In this document: positions 24,040 to 36,494 of the stretch, in pieces
Layout of the letters: each line of letters starts with the position of its first letter
How positions within the stretch are numbered: the stretch's first letter is position 1
Source: Chara braunii
Lineage: Eukaryota; Plantae; Charophyceae
Direction of reading: 5' to 3'
DNA: 64,000 nucleotides
Assembly: GCA_003427395.1 (NCBI GenBank)
Contig: BFEA01000014.1
Location: 3,188,680-3,252,679 of the forward strand
Made by a program: the position numbers and the translations under genes
Notes under the pieces: model-generated
Seen by the model: the letters and a program-made list of their open reading frames with translations, nothing else
What the model was told of the DNA's origin: nothing
The model's database searches: none

Positions 24040-24490
24040 GTCAGAACGACACTGGTCGGTGTTGGAGCTTGGTCGTGCTGCCCTGTAACTCGAGCTGTAC
24101 GAGGGCATGCAACCTGGTAGAGAGATCTGGGGAGTTGTCGAGGGTGGAAGGCACTCTAGTGTCTTTTGGTGAGTTGGTGCCTAGTCGACGCTGGTCGGAG
24201 CCGGGGCGGGTCGCTTTGCCCTGTGGCCTAGCGGGTGGGGGTTATTCTGGGGTGGGTCGTGCCACTCTATAACCTAGCGGTTGGGGGTATGAGGCCTGGT
24301 AGAGATTGGGCATCGGGATATAGGGGTGAGGCAGGTAAGGGTTGGGCTGCTGAAAGGCCCTAAGGCAGGTGTTTTTTTTTCGAATGCTTCTTTGATCCGA
24401 GCTTTGGGGGGACACAAAATTTCAGTGTTCTTGTAAAAAAAAAAAAAGCCGAAGCCGGGTAATAGCCCCGGTATCTCAAGGATATCTTCA
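24040..24490 (-). repeat. Monomer-containing region
   Basis: Monomers at about 24045-24130 and 24185-24305. It shares the TTACCCGGCTTCGGCT leader motif. Confidence 0.65.
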
Positions 24491-24569
24491 AAAAAAGGTT
24501 TGTTTACAGGTGGTTCTGAGAATGCTTTAGGATTCTGAGGACTTCTAGCAACTCCCTTTAGGCTGTTTT

Positions 24570-25545
24570 TTTATTTTATTTTATTTTGTTATTATTATTT
24601 TTAACAAACAGTCCCTCCAGTGCTAGTGATGTTGTTATGAGCAGACATCGCTTGCGCTGGGGAGAGGCTCCATCTATTGGTGGGGAGCAGCACCTGCTGG
24701 AAAACGGGTCCAGTGTCCCTTATGCAGTAAGATACAATATGATTCATAGACGAGTAACATAATGGTGTCTGGAAGGCGTCTGCCATCATTGATTTCTCTG
24801 GAGTCCAGAGGATTGACTAAGCAGGTGTAAGTGTGACCCGACCAAAAGCAGGTGGTCCCCATCTCCTTCTTCAACCCTTGGTCTGGTCAGGGTTCCAGGA
24901 GGAGCCACTGGGGGGCACCAGTGGGGCCTCCTTCTGTCACCCTGCCCATCCCCTAAAAAGTCCCCTTGCTTCGATATTGCCCTCTGTCGGGCGTACCCAG
25001 CTGCCACCCGCCCCCACTGCGTCAGAATGTTAGTTACAAAACATAGTAAGACAGAGATTGGGGGCTTTGGCACACTAAAGCAAAATAAAACAGCAGATTG
25101 GGTTCTGAAAATATGTGGGTTTCACTGGGCAGGGGTTTACAAACCTATTTCCAGAGACTTTGGGTGGGGGGGCAACAGGTCTGAAAACTCCTCTGCAGGT
25201 CTCATGAGGATGCTTGAGTCTATCGACAACCACTCCTTGAATCTCAGGCGGTAGTCCCTTGGGACTTCCTCTCCTTGGCTGCCATCCCTTCCCTCCTCTC
25301 CTTCCCAATCCCCTGTCCAGCACACTTCCGCTACCCATCCCTCCTGGTCCCCTCCCAACCATTCCCTAGAAAACTGCAATAATCGTTCCCGGATGTCTTT
25401 TGATATATGGAAATTATCAAGTGATTGCTTAGTTGACTTCCACCTATGCGAGAGCTCCAGTTGGAAGTGCATTGTGAGTTTCTCAACCATCTTTTCTCCC
25501 TCTACCTGGTTAGAACACAACGTTGCCACCACAGAACCCACATGT
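24570..25545 (-). mobile_element. L1/Tx1-type LINE 3' end (ORF2 C-terminus, 3' UTR, tail)
   Basis: Conserved C-terminus FKEWLSIDSS..MRP..EFSD..PPHP, two-hairpin tail at 24655-24720, and an AATAA-rich end. Confidence 0.75.
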
Positions 25546-25970
25546 ACATTCATGGATCTGCAATTGTTCAATGCCAGAACGACACTGGTCGGTGTTGGGG
25601 TGTCGCCCTGTAACCTGCGGACTGCAGGAGCGCGGGGTAGAGAGATCTGGGGATGCTTTGGGGTGGGCATTCCAAGGGACAACCAAGGGTTGCTTTTGGG
25701 CCGACGCCGGCCGGAGCTGGGGCGAGTCGTGTTGCTCTGTAACCTAGTCGGGTGGGAGTGTGAGGCCTGGGAGAGCTCGACATGCAATAAGACAGTCTTG
25801 GATAGTTTTAGAGAGTTTTGTTTGGGAGTATAGGGGTTCTGAGCATTCGAAAAGAGGTCAGTAATCATTCATAGTTTTTCAACCTCTTTTTAATTTTTTT
25901 GAATTTCTTCAATAGTTCTCAGATTGATTTTCAGCCGAAGTCGGGTAATGGCGCCGGTATCTCAAATGAC
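25546..25970 (-). repeat. Monomer dimer and leader
   Basis: Matches 3935-4240 and 21820-22260. Confidence 0.75.
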
Positions 25971-25974
25971 TTGT

Positions 25975-26075
25975 GTAACCCTATATGGGACGCTGGACCC
26001 AGTTCCGAGCACGTGCTGCTCCCCACGAATAGACTGGAGCATTTGTCCCAAAAAAAAAAAAATAAAAAAAAAAAA
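25975..26075 (+). mobile_element. LINE 3' tail with poly(A)
   Basis: GGGACGCTGGACCC..GCTCCCCACGAATAGACTGGAGCATTTGTCCC-A(n). Confidence 0.8.
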
Positions 26076-26394
26076 TGGATTTAGTATCAAGAATTTGACA
26101 GTCGGTGAAGAACAGGTTAGCACTAGGACGAGAGGCCTGGCAAAATAGTCATTGGGACTCTTTGAGGCGTCAACCGTAGGGTGTGTGCCAACTCGGTGTC
26201 GCGCCGGGGCGGGTCCGCGACGTAGAAAGGGCACCGGCTGACCACCATAGCTGCAAGAACGTGAGAAGGTAAAGCGTGGGATGCAGAAGCAGCGGGGTGG
26301 AAGGCGCCATCAAAGAGCAGGGTTGTAGCGCGGTGGGAAATTAGACCACACTGGATGACGGCCCCCCTGCTCGTACAACTTTTTTGGCGCACCG

Positions 26395-29300
26395 AAAAGA
26401 CCTTGGGGATCGACGGCTTCCCCAAGGAATTTATGGATTTTTATCAGGCTGTATGGAGCACAGGGGAAATGGCGAAAATTGTTAGTCAAGGGGTTTTAAC
26501 TCTCTTATACAAGGAAGAAGAAAAGACAAATATAAGGAACCATCGTCCCATCACCTTGCTAACATTAGTATACAAGTTTGTGGCCAAGGTATTGGCAGAC
26601 AGACTGACCAAGGTAATAGCAGATATCATTCACCCAACACAAACAGGATTCATATCAGGAAGGAATATACAGGATAATATCCTCTTGGTTAACGAACTCA
26701 TCAAAGTCACGCGCCAATCTAGGCATAATGCAGCATTCATATTTATAGACTTTGAAAATGCATATGATCATGTTGACTGGGTGTTCCTAGACAAATGCAT
26801 GGAAAAAATGCATTTTGGCCCTTGCTTTAGAAGATGGGTAGAAATCATGCACCAGAATGCAACGACCAGGACGATGGTTAATGGTAACTCAGCCCGCCCT
26901 ATTTATCTGCAGAGATCAGTCAGGCAAGGAGATCCACAAGCACCATTTCTCTTTGTAATTATAATGGAGGCCCTGACAGCAAACTTGAGACAAAACAGAG
27001 ACATCAAAAGAATTAGAATAACATCGATCCCTGAAGATGCAATCCCAGTTTGTTCTCTGTTTGATGATGACCTCTCTCTCATGCTGGAAGCATCTGAGGA
27101 TAATCTAAGTGTCCTCAAAAGACTAATGGATCAATTCTGTAGATTATCTGACATAAGGATAAACTGGGGAAACAAAACACTTGGCTGGTGGATTCATCAT
27201 CAAGGTGTCCGGCCACCAGAAACCCCAAAGATTAAATGGTTGTCATTTGAGTCCCCAGTCAGGGTCCTAGGTATCAATTTATCAGCTGCGGGCAAACCTA
27301 CCTCTAATAATGAAAGGATCCTACAGGCCGCTCATGCTAAACTGGAGACCTGGAAAAACAAGCATACCTCTATTTTTGGGAGGGTACAAATCATTAACAA
27401 TGTTGTATTGGGGTCTATCTGGTACAAATCGACCATATGGGCCTTTGACAAAGCCCCAATCAAAGCGTTCCATCAGAGTCTAAGGGCTTTCCTATAGAGA
27501 GGGAACCATGAACTCAAAAATGTGATTAGTAGAGTTGCCTGGTCCGCAATCATTCAACCAAAATCAAGACGTGGGCTAGGTCTCATCGACCTTACTCTCC
27601 AATCTATGGCACTATCCATCCAATGGATCATTAGGCTTCTCTTTAGCCCACAGACCCCATGGACCATCCTAGCATGGGAACAGATTAAGAGATTGACACC
27701 TTTAACTAATGAACTAGTTAATCCTTTGATGTGGTTGGAAAACCGAGCCTGGGCTCTTCCAAGGAGTAAAAAGTTTGAAGGGGATGAAGCCCCCTTTGAC
27801 GATAAGGAAGAGGCCAAAAAAGACCTCAGTAGGGATCCATTCTGGATCTCCCTTATCAAAACCTTGAGGAATTTACCTTTACCAGATAAAATTCATCCTA
27901 ATAGATGGGAGGAAGTTTGTCAGCAACCCCTGTTTAACAACACATGGATACGAGACGATCAAGGAATCACGTTCCATTGTAATGACCCTCCTTGGAAAGG
28001 TTGGATTAAGAAGGGAGTAGTCAGAATTAAGGATATTTGGAACAAAGAATCCATGGATTGGGTTACTCAGGAGGAAATTCAAGAGAGACTAAGATATTGT
28101 CACCATTTGGAGACCGCCTTGGAAAGAATTATCGAGTTGATACCCGTGGACTGGGTCCGCATCCTCAACAAAGGCCCTGAAATTAAACCCAACGACTGGG
28201 TGACCTTCACCGACAGCAATCACCAAATAGGTAATGTCTTGGAAGTTGAGGCAAATGGTGATGTTTTAACCTCCCTTTTCATCCTTAAAGAAGACAATAG
28301 AACAATTCCCCATCCAGAGGAGGAAATCAGATGGGTAAATAAGGATCAAATTTTCAGAATTAGAGTATTACAGATTGGGAATGAATGGTTGGCCTTCAGA
28401 CCCAGAACCCCCATATCGCACCTAGCAATGGACCCAACTGTATGGAAGTGGGGGTCGCAACTGAAAAAAAACAGAAATTATACCAGATCCCTCCATACTC
28501 TGTCAGTCAAATCAGCATACAAAATGTTGCGTCCAACAATCAACCTCAGGGATAGAGTATCTGACAGATGAATGAGACATATAAATCTGAGCATGAATGA
28601 CCTGAAAAACATTAAGTGGTTTCGCAGCAAGAACTTCAAGCCATCCTAAATAGCATCCCTACAACGACAGATTGAACACAGATGCCTCCCTACAAATGAC
28701 TAGTTAATAGACAGAACATAACAAGACAAGAACAATCACACCCAACCCTAGTGCAAGCTATGCAATACTGCTTATCCAAGTAGAAAGATTCCGGAGACAA
28801 TTGAACACGTTTTTCTTCAATGCCCCGGTTCAATTTGGCTTTAGAGATGGTGGGACAGAATCTGGAATAATTTGGAGACAAAGAGTCAGTGGTCATGGGG
28901 CTGGAAACCCCTCTTACTGTAAGCATGGAATGATGTCCCATTTGACGAATTTACTCATAATCTATTTATTCTTAGTAGGAGGGTAGTCTTATGGGCCATT
29001 TGGAGGAGAAGATGTATCTACGAATGGGAAGGAGTCAGGATGGATGGCCCGAAATTCACCGAAACCATTAAAGAACAATTCAGGCAGGCATCCTGCATCA
29101 ATGAAAGCTCACAAAGGAGAAAATCCATTTTTTATCAAACAAAAAGGAAATTTCTCAGCAAATACAACAGTTGAATTTGGTCTGGCTTGGTGGGAAATAG
29201 GGGGGAATGATTGGAAAGGTAGTATGGGAAGGAGCTACTGAGGCAGAAGATGGGGTCATCAAAAGAAATTACAGGGTTGTGTTTAAAGATTGGTCTTCAA

Positions 29301-29405
29301 TTGACTCCTCAACTCCCTTGAGACCCCTCTCATATTTTCCTGACCCGTTCCCACCCCCCCCCAAGTGTGGTTGTCCCCAATTCTTGGTTTGGAATCGGAG
29401 ATGAT
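26395..29405 (+). pseudogene. LINE ORF2 (reverse transcriptase), interrupted
   Basis: ORFs 26355-27497 and 27522-28571 are in frame across one stop, with further frameshifted pieces downstream. Confidence 0.9.
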
Positions 29406-29720
29406 ATGTGAATAGGATAACTACTGCTAGAGCGATCTATGCTCTGTTCTCACAGGGCGGATCAGCCTGATGGGCACAAGATAGGCAATACAAACACAGA
29501 TCGAAGAAGAGTCACTGTTATCACCAAAGTCAGTAGTTTCTCATCAGTACCAGAGCTTAAGAGTTCAATCTGGCGCCACTCTATTGAGGGTGAAGAGGTA
29601 CAGGGGACGCTGGACCCGATTCCCAGCAAGTGCTCACTTTTTAATCTTTGTATTGCAACACTAGGGACGCTGGACCCGTTTTCCAGCAGGTGCAGCTCCC
29701 CACCAATAGACTAGAGCCCC
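26395..29720 (+). mobile_element. 5'-truncated L1/Tx1-clade LINE (ORF2 RT, zf-RVT, 3' tail)
   Basis: GIDGFPKEF, RPITLL..YK..AK.LA.RL, QTGFI.GR.I.DN, IDFENAYDHVDW, RQGDP..PFLF, LFDDDL; CKLC..PETIEHVFLQC at about 28750-28825; tail at 29664-29720. Confidence 0.93.
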
Positions 29721-29944
29721 CAGTGTGTCAGGTAGGTGTGTATGCTCTTATCATCACTCCAATCTAATACCACGGGTTTCTGTTAAAACAAAACAAAACA
29801 CAAAAAACCTTCCTCCAGTGGTAGATAGCCCACCGCTGTCTGTCAACCAACGACTGGTTAACCGACCATACAAACCTCGAACAAGGAGGCATACTGCTCC
29901 CATGGTGCCAGTGGTGTTAGAGTCTCTCCCCTCCCACAAGAAGG

Positions 29945-31560
29945 TGGTAACCATTGAACGTATTTTCATGTAATGCCCGATTGCCCTATTCATATGACGA
30001 TGGTGAGACCATATATGGCATAAAATGGAACCGGATATTCCTTGGCCCTGGTCATGGCAAGCCATATTGGCTGGGCACTGGGTGTTAGCAGGAACAACCA
30101 CGACCTTCGTAGAGAATATGTACAGACTTGGAAGGAGGGCGGTGATATGGGCACTCTGGTGGCAAAGATGCACCCTGGTCATGGAGAAGGTATGGGTGGA
30201 GGGGGCAGAGATCAAAGAACAGATCCAGCAACAGATACACCTTGAAATCACACGTAGATGGTTGGACACAAAAGCACAATTAACTGTCCNNNNNNNNNNN
30301 NNNNNNNNNNNNNNNNNNNNNNNNNNNNNNNNNNNNNNNNNNNNNNNNNNNNNNNNNNNNNNNNNNNNNNNNNNNNNNNNNNNNNNNNNNNNNNNNNNNN
30401 NNNNNNNNNNNNNNNNNNNNNNNNNNNNNNNNNNNNNNNNNNNNNNNNNNNNNNNNNNNNNNNNNNNNNNNNNNNNNNNNNNNNNNNNNNNNNNNNNNNN
30501 NNNNNNNNNNNNNNNNNNNNNNNNNNNNNNNNNNNNNNNNNNNNNNNNNNNNNNNNNNNNNNNNNNNNNNNNNNNNNNNNNNNNNNNNNNNNNNNNNNNN
30601 NNNNNNNNNNNNNNNNNNNNNNNNNNNNNNNNNNNNNNNNNNNNNNNNNNNNNNNNNNNNNNNNNNNNNNNNNNNNNNNNNNNNNNNNNNNNNNNNNNNN
30701 NNNNNNNNNNNNNNNNNNNNNNNNNNNNNNNNNNNNNNNNNNNNNNNNNNNNNNNNNNNNNNNNNNNNNNNNNNNNNNNNNNNNNNNNNNNNNNNNNNNT
30801 GGGTAGGAGGGGAAAGAGAAGGATGGATTGCAAAAATAGAATGGAGTGGTGACAAAAGTGGAGGGTTGCGTGACTTGGAAGAAATGAGAGACTATTGTTT
30901 AGTTTTCAAGGACTGGACTAACATAGAGCCCCCATTCCCATTACGCCCTCCCTCGGACTTCCCAGACCCCTTCCCGCCCCATGCCCTATCATTGGCAGAA
31001 ATCCTGTCCTGAATGCGATATCCGATCCCTATGATCTCCTCTATTTCTGTATCGACACCCACACGCGGAACTCCTCCCTAGAGCCCCCTGGGAAGGACCC
31101 CGCTAATCTTCTTCTTCTATAGGCTTAGTTGAGGTAGTCAATGCTGGCATCTCGGATAGCCTGAGCAGCCTGGGACATCGGGCAGGGTCTGGAGGGAGTA
31201 GTCAGTGGATAGTATCAGCCCTGAACGCTTATCTGGCGCCCTTTTCCGAGGGTGAAGAGATACATAAGGCAATGGCAGTACTCCATGTTCATGAAGGACT
31301 ACACTACCGAACACTATACAGGCCTGCTCAGTCAATCCCCTGGGTTGTAGGGCAATCAATGCTGGCAGGCCCCACAGTCTCAGTCCTCATCTTCCTTACC
31401 TTTCTCAGACATTTCATTCTCAGACATGCTCAGACATCCTCAGACATTCTCAGACATCCTCAGACATTCTCAGACATTATTTCTTATGTAATATGGGACG
31501 CTGGACCCGTTTTCCAGCAGGTGATGCTGCCCACCAATAGATGGAGCCTCTCCCTCGGTG
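29945..31560 (+). mobile_element. Second LINE 3' fragment (with gap)
   Basis: IERIFM*CP (zf-RVT end), W.LWWQRC, C-terminal FKDWTNIEP..LRP.SDFPDPFP, and a tail at 31495-31552. Confidence 0.8.
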
Positions 31561-32534
31561 TTAGTGTTGTCTGCCCTTATCAGCAGCACTAACACTGGCG
31601 GGGTCGTTTGAAAAAAAGAAAAAAGAAAAAAAAAAACAGGTAGCACTAGGACTAACTGGAGTGTCAACAGGTCAAGAGATAGGCCAAGGGAAAAGTGTAA
31701 GACCACAGGGGAATGGCGAAGGCAGTTTTGGGGCGTAGATGAGACCAAACAATGAGAGATCCTGGAAACAGCGCATCTTTTTTTTCCCCCATCAAAACAA
31801 TGAGAGTTGGAGAGAAAGGAAGTAGCAAACCCACGCAAGAAGTCGAGGAAGGCGGAATCCCTTCCGTAAACATCTTGTCCCCACCTACTCAGCCCCTTAT
31901 TAATCTAGTAGAATAGGCAACACCCACACTGCAAAGTAAGCAAACAAGTAGGCAAGGGGTATCTACCTCAGGTACAGCCAGACCACAGCAGGTGAATGTA
32001 AAACACTATCCGATTCTCAGTATTGCATCTTTAGCTCCCTAAGGAGTAAAGATTTTTGTTCACATGTCACCGGAGGGAGTCTTCACTCTTTCACGAACAG
32101 AAGTAGACGATGTCCTCATTCGGGAAGCATCAGAGACCATTGTAGTTGGATGAAAGACACTAGAACTGCGGGAGGGAGTACACCATTGCTTCCACATTGC
32201 AATGATAGACACTAAAATCACTGTTGAAGTGGCCGCCACATTGGAAAGCCAGAGGATTCAGTGGATCCCGGCCCAGTGGTTTGACCCGATGCTCTCGGCA
32301 TAAGCACTAAAAGTGAATTTAACTAACGGTGTCAATGCCAAATTGGTGGCGGATTACTGTGCCTCCCTTCCGAGCGACGAACAACCTTGGACTTCAGCCT
32401 TCCGCAATCTGTTGCTGAAACCGTGTGAAGTGGGCAACAGGCGAAAACTGTGAACCAAGCCCGGAGAAGAACAAATGGCAGAAACTCGGCAAGTGACCTG
32501 TGAATCCAATTTACGTCTGCACCAGCAGTATCCA

Positions 32535-34715
32535 ATGGATAACTTGAAGGTGAAGATGGTAACCTGGAACGTTCGGGGTCTGGGAGATACCTCAGGCAGA
32601 AGTCACAAGACTTGGATCCATAAGCAGAAAGTGAAAGTGGTGTTCCTTCAGACACTAAATGTGATGAAGATAAGATAATGCGTTTCGCCAGATAGTGAAA
32701 GGGACCACAATAGTGGTCCCCGACAAACGGAACATAGGGAAGGACAGCCATCTTGATTCATAGAGACCTGGACCTCACGGTGTTGGAGAGTGGGGCCAGT
32801 GGACCTGGGTCCGGGTTCTGTTTGAAGAAAAAGAATGGATCTTGATGTCAGTCTACGCCCCAGCTATACCTAGCGAGCGCAGATGCTCCTTGGGGGTCAT
32901 GCGTAATATCCTACTAAGAGATGAGAACATGGTGCTGGCAGGAGACTTCAATGCAATTCTCTGGCCTGAATTGGACTCCCCGAACGATGGCCCAAGGAAA
33001 GTTGGCGCAGTACTGTTAAGCCGGGTTTTGGAAGAACAAACACTCATAGATGTGTTCAAGACGCTACATTCAGAGTAACCAGGCTTCACTTGGCGATCCA
33101 GGCAACAACTGGAGAATACGGAACCACCGAGAAGAAGATTGAACTTGATCCTTACAAAAGGAGAGGGAAGGGAGCTTGTACTATGTGCAGAAGTCTGTCC
33201 GCATCCCCTGTCAGACCACTGGCCGGTGGTAGCAGAATTCATACCGGGCCAAGGCCCGAAGAGAGAGGCGTTTTTTTTCAGACTGAACAGTGTCACCAAA
33301 ACTCACGAATACCAAGGGTGTTGGACTGGTGGGGAAAGCATTGGGAAGACTGGGAACAAACCAAAGCATGGTTTGACACAGAGGAGGAGTGGGTTCAGTT
33401 AGGCTTCAGAGTTGTCACAAAGGCTCTATATGCCTTCTCGCGGGTGTTGGCAAGGGAGAGGAACAAGGAGGAGTAGGAATGCAGGTAGATGGTGTTGGAA
33501 GCAGAAGAACAGATTGGGAAAACCCCCTACTCAGACATATACTGGGAGAGGAGAAGAGATGAGTGGTTGAGTAAGTGGAAGGAGTGGCGAGAAGAAAGCG
33601 AAAGGGGGATGGCACAGGTACTAGACAGAATGTCCAAAGAAACATTCCAACACTTATGTTCAGCACGCTCACACAACATAATCAGAGCATTGGATCAAAC
33701 ATTCAATTCTCAGGCAGATACAACAGAAGATACAGAGTCGATGGCAGAATATGCCACTGAATACTACAGTGACATCCCAACATCAAGAAGGTCTACAAAC
33801 GAATCTCTCGAAGAACTACAAGAAGAAGCAGACATGTGGTATCACACCCCGCAGCGACTGGAACCTCAACAAAGACAGACATTGGACATACCACTAACTC
33901 TTGAAGAACTCAAGAATGAAGTTACCTGCATGGCACGGGTAAAAGCGCCAGGAGACGATGGTCTCCCGGTAGAGTTCTACCAAGCCACGTGAGACCAAGT
34001 GGGACCAATACTGCAGGGACTTTTCAACAGGATCTTAGAAGGGAGCACCCTAACTGAGGACATGTGCAGAGGGGTAATAACGCTGCTGGTACAAGAAGGG
34101 GGATGAAAGGCACGCCAGAAACTGGCGACTGATCTCTCTCTTGGACATGGCTTTAAGTTATAAGATCCTTGCCAAAGCATTGGCAAGGAGGCTTGCAGAA
34201 GTCCTCCCGGAACTGGTAAATACAGATAAGGGGGCCTTTGTAAAAGGTCGGTCCATAGTTGAGAACATGCCAGTTGCAGTTGGGGCTCTTAGAGATCATT
34301 AGGAAGGAAAGGCGACAGGTCATAGTTGTTAGGCTAGATCTGGTAAAGGCCTATGACCGTGTAAATTGGTCTTTTGTCCTGGCTACACTCGAACATTTGA
34401 ACTTCGGGAACCCGTTTCGTAACTGGGTGTTAGCCATGTACAAACGTTCAACTGCAACAATCTTAGTAAACGGCAAGTGGGCACGGGCCTTCGAGTTTTC
34501 AAGGTCTCTAAGGCAAGGGTGCCCACTGGCACCCCTCCTATTTTTCCTGCAGATTTAAGTGGTACTCAATGCGCTGCATGCAGCCCCTGTCATGAGGCCT
34601 GCAATTGGGAGGAACTTACCGGAGCCGCTGCAGATGATCTGTTGTTGATAACTGAAGCAATATCCGAGTTTATGGACGCTTCTAAAGAGATCCTGAACCA
34701 GTACTCTTCGCTTTT
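32535..34715 (+). pseudogene. LINE ORF2: APE endonuclease + RT, decayed
   Basis: VTWNVRGL, SVYAP, AGDFN, SDHWPV (APE); KAPGDDGLPVEFY, LDLVKAYDRVNW, LRQGCPLAPLLF, ADDL (RT). Confidence 0.92.
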
Positions 34716-34726
34716 TTTTTCGAGAT

Positions 34727-35126
34727 GGTAGAATCCTAGTTGTCGCCTTGCCAAGCTGTGGTGTTCTGTGCCCTTGGTTTGCCGACGCCAGAACGACGCT
34801 GGCCGGTACTGGGGCATAGCCCTGTGACCTGCTGAAGCAGGAGCTTGAGGCCTGGTAGAGAGATCTGGGGATTCGTCGACAGAGGAAGACAATCCAGTGG
34901 TGAATTGGGGGGAGCTTCCATGACAGCCTAAGGGGCCGGGTATTGTCTAGGTAGTGAGGACATGTCAGGTATGGAAGGTATTGGTTGGGATGATACTCAC
35001 TTTGGAGTTTTGCGTTGGGTATTGGGGGGGAGGCTAGAAGTTCTTCATAGAGTGTGAGGCTACGTGGTGTTGATGTAGGTTACACCTTACCAATAGTTTT
35101 CACATTATTACCATCATCATCATTAG
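34727..35126. repeat. Monomer-containing ~400-bp unit, copy 1
   Basis: Homologous to 35659-36136 and inserted into the LINE RT region. Confidence 0.75.
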
Positions 35127-35127
35127 A

Positions 35128-35385
35128 CTTTTTTTTTTTTTTTTTTTTTTTTTTNTAAAAACATGCTCCATCTATTGGTGGGGAGCTGCACCTGCTGGAA
35201 ACTGGGTCCAGCATCCCTTACATCATGAAAATAAAGCAGAGGATAGCCCTATGCTGGAAACGTCTCTTATACACATCTAGATGTGTATAAGAGACAGGCT
35301 GGAAACTGGGTCCAGCATCCCTTACATCATGAAAATAAAGCAGAGGATAGCCCTATGCTGGAAACCGGGTCCAGCGTCCCATTCT
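35128..35385 (-). mobile_element. LINE 3' tail with poly(A), partly duplicated around an adapter
   Basis: GGGATGCTGGACCCAGTTTCCAGCAGGTGCAGCTCCCCACCAATAGATGGAGC followed by poly(A). Confidence 0.75.
35262..35297. other. Nextera junction adapter (2 nt short)
   Basis: GTCTCTTATACACATCTAGATGTGTATAAGAGACAG, flanked by a ~65-bp artefactual duplication. Confidence 0.97.
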
Positions 35386-35658
35386 TACTGACTTTTTAAT
35401 CCAATAATAAGGCCTAATCCATTCTACAAATGTTTGAAGAAAGAGTACTACTAGTCATGGGGAAGCCTCTTCAGTCCGAATTTTGACCGCCTGTTGGGAA
35501 AAATTAATCCTAGCCTCCTCCTAATAGGACCCTGTCCAACCTAATCCTATGCCATGTCCTCCCCTCCTCCAAACCACTCAAGATAGCTTATCTGGCTTTC
35601 GGATAATCCGAAGGCACATCTAGTTTTCCTCTCATATCGGATGCAGGATTTCAGAAGT

Positions 35659-36136
35659 GGTAGAATCCTGGCTGATGCCTTGGCAAAGCTGTGGTGTTCT
35701 GTGCCCTTGATTTGCCGATGCCAGAATGACGCTGGTCAGTGCTGGGGCGTAGCCCTGTAACCTGTTTGTAGCAGGAGCTTGAGGCCTGGTAGAGAGGTCT
35801 GGGGAGTCGTCCGAAGGAGGAAGACAATCCAGTGGCGAACTGGGGGGGGCTGCCATGACTACCTAAGGGTTCGGGTATAGTTTAGGTAGTGAGAACACCT
35901 CAGCTATGGCTGGAACTGGTTGGGATGATATTGTCTTTCCAGTGTTGTGTTTGGTATACAGGGGAAGACTAGGAGTTGCTCATAGATTGCGAGGCCAGGT
36001 TTTGCTGTTGTAGTTTATATCTTACCATAGATTAAAAAAAAAAAATCAGTAGCGTCATCTTCACTAGTATCATTATCTCACAGTTTTCATAGAATCATCA
36101 GAAGTGCATCATCATCATCATCATCATCATCATCAT
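35659..36136. repeat. Monomer-containing unit, copy 2, ending in (CAT)n
   Basis: Homologous to 34727-35126, with (CAT)n at 36108-36136. Confidence 0.75.
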
Positions 36137-36252
36137 ACGAGGGACGCTAATCCCGGTTCTCAGCATGCTCGGTTCGGTCCTTCCGGGTAGACTGTGAGGA
36201 CCCTGGCCTCAATCTTCTTATTGGTAATATCAGCCTTGGGCACAGGGCAGTA

Positions 36253-36417
36253 GAGTCACAGAACCTACTTATACTTGCACTATGGGGCAAGATACAGTTT
36301 GCAATTGCACTTCGGGCACCCTGCCTGGCCAGAAAGCTGGGTTGTATACATTGCCCGAACTGCAATTCGAAACTGTATCTTGACCCCAAGTGCAATTATA
36401 ACTCATTTCTGTGACTC
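36253..36417. mobile_element. Foldback/MITE-like element
   Basis: About 65-bp imperfect inverted arms GAGTCACAGAA..CAAGATACAGTTT..TTCGGGCA / TGCCCGAA..AAACTGTATCTTG..TTCTGTGACTC. A second copy lies at 63777-63893. Confidence 0.75.
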
Positions 36418-36494
36418 CCTCGTAGTCGCCCCCCCCCCACCAAAAAACAAAAAACAAAAAACAAAAAGAGAAAGTACTCTTCACTTTTTGAAGC

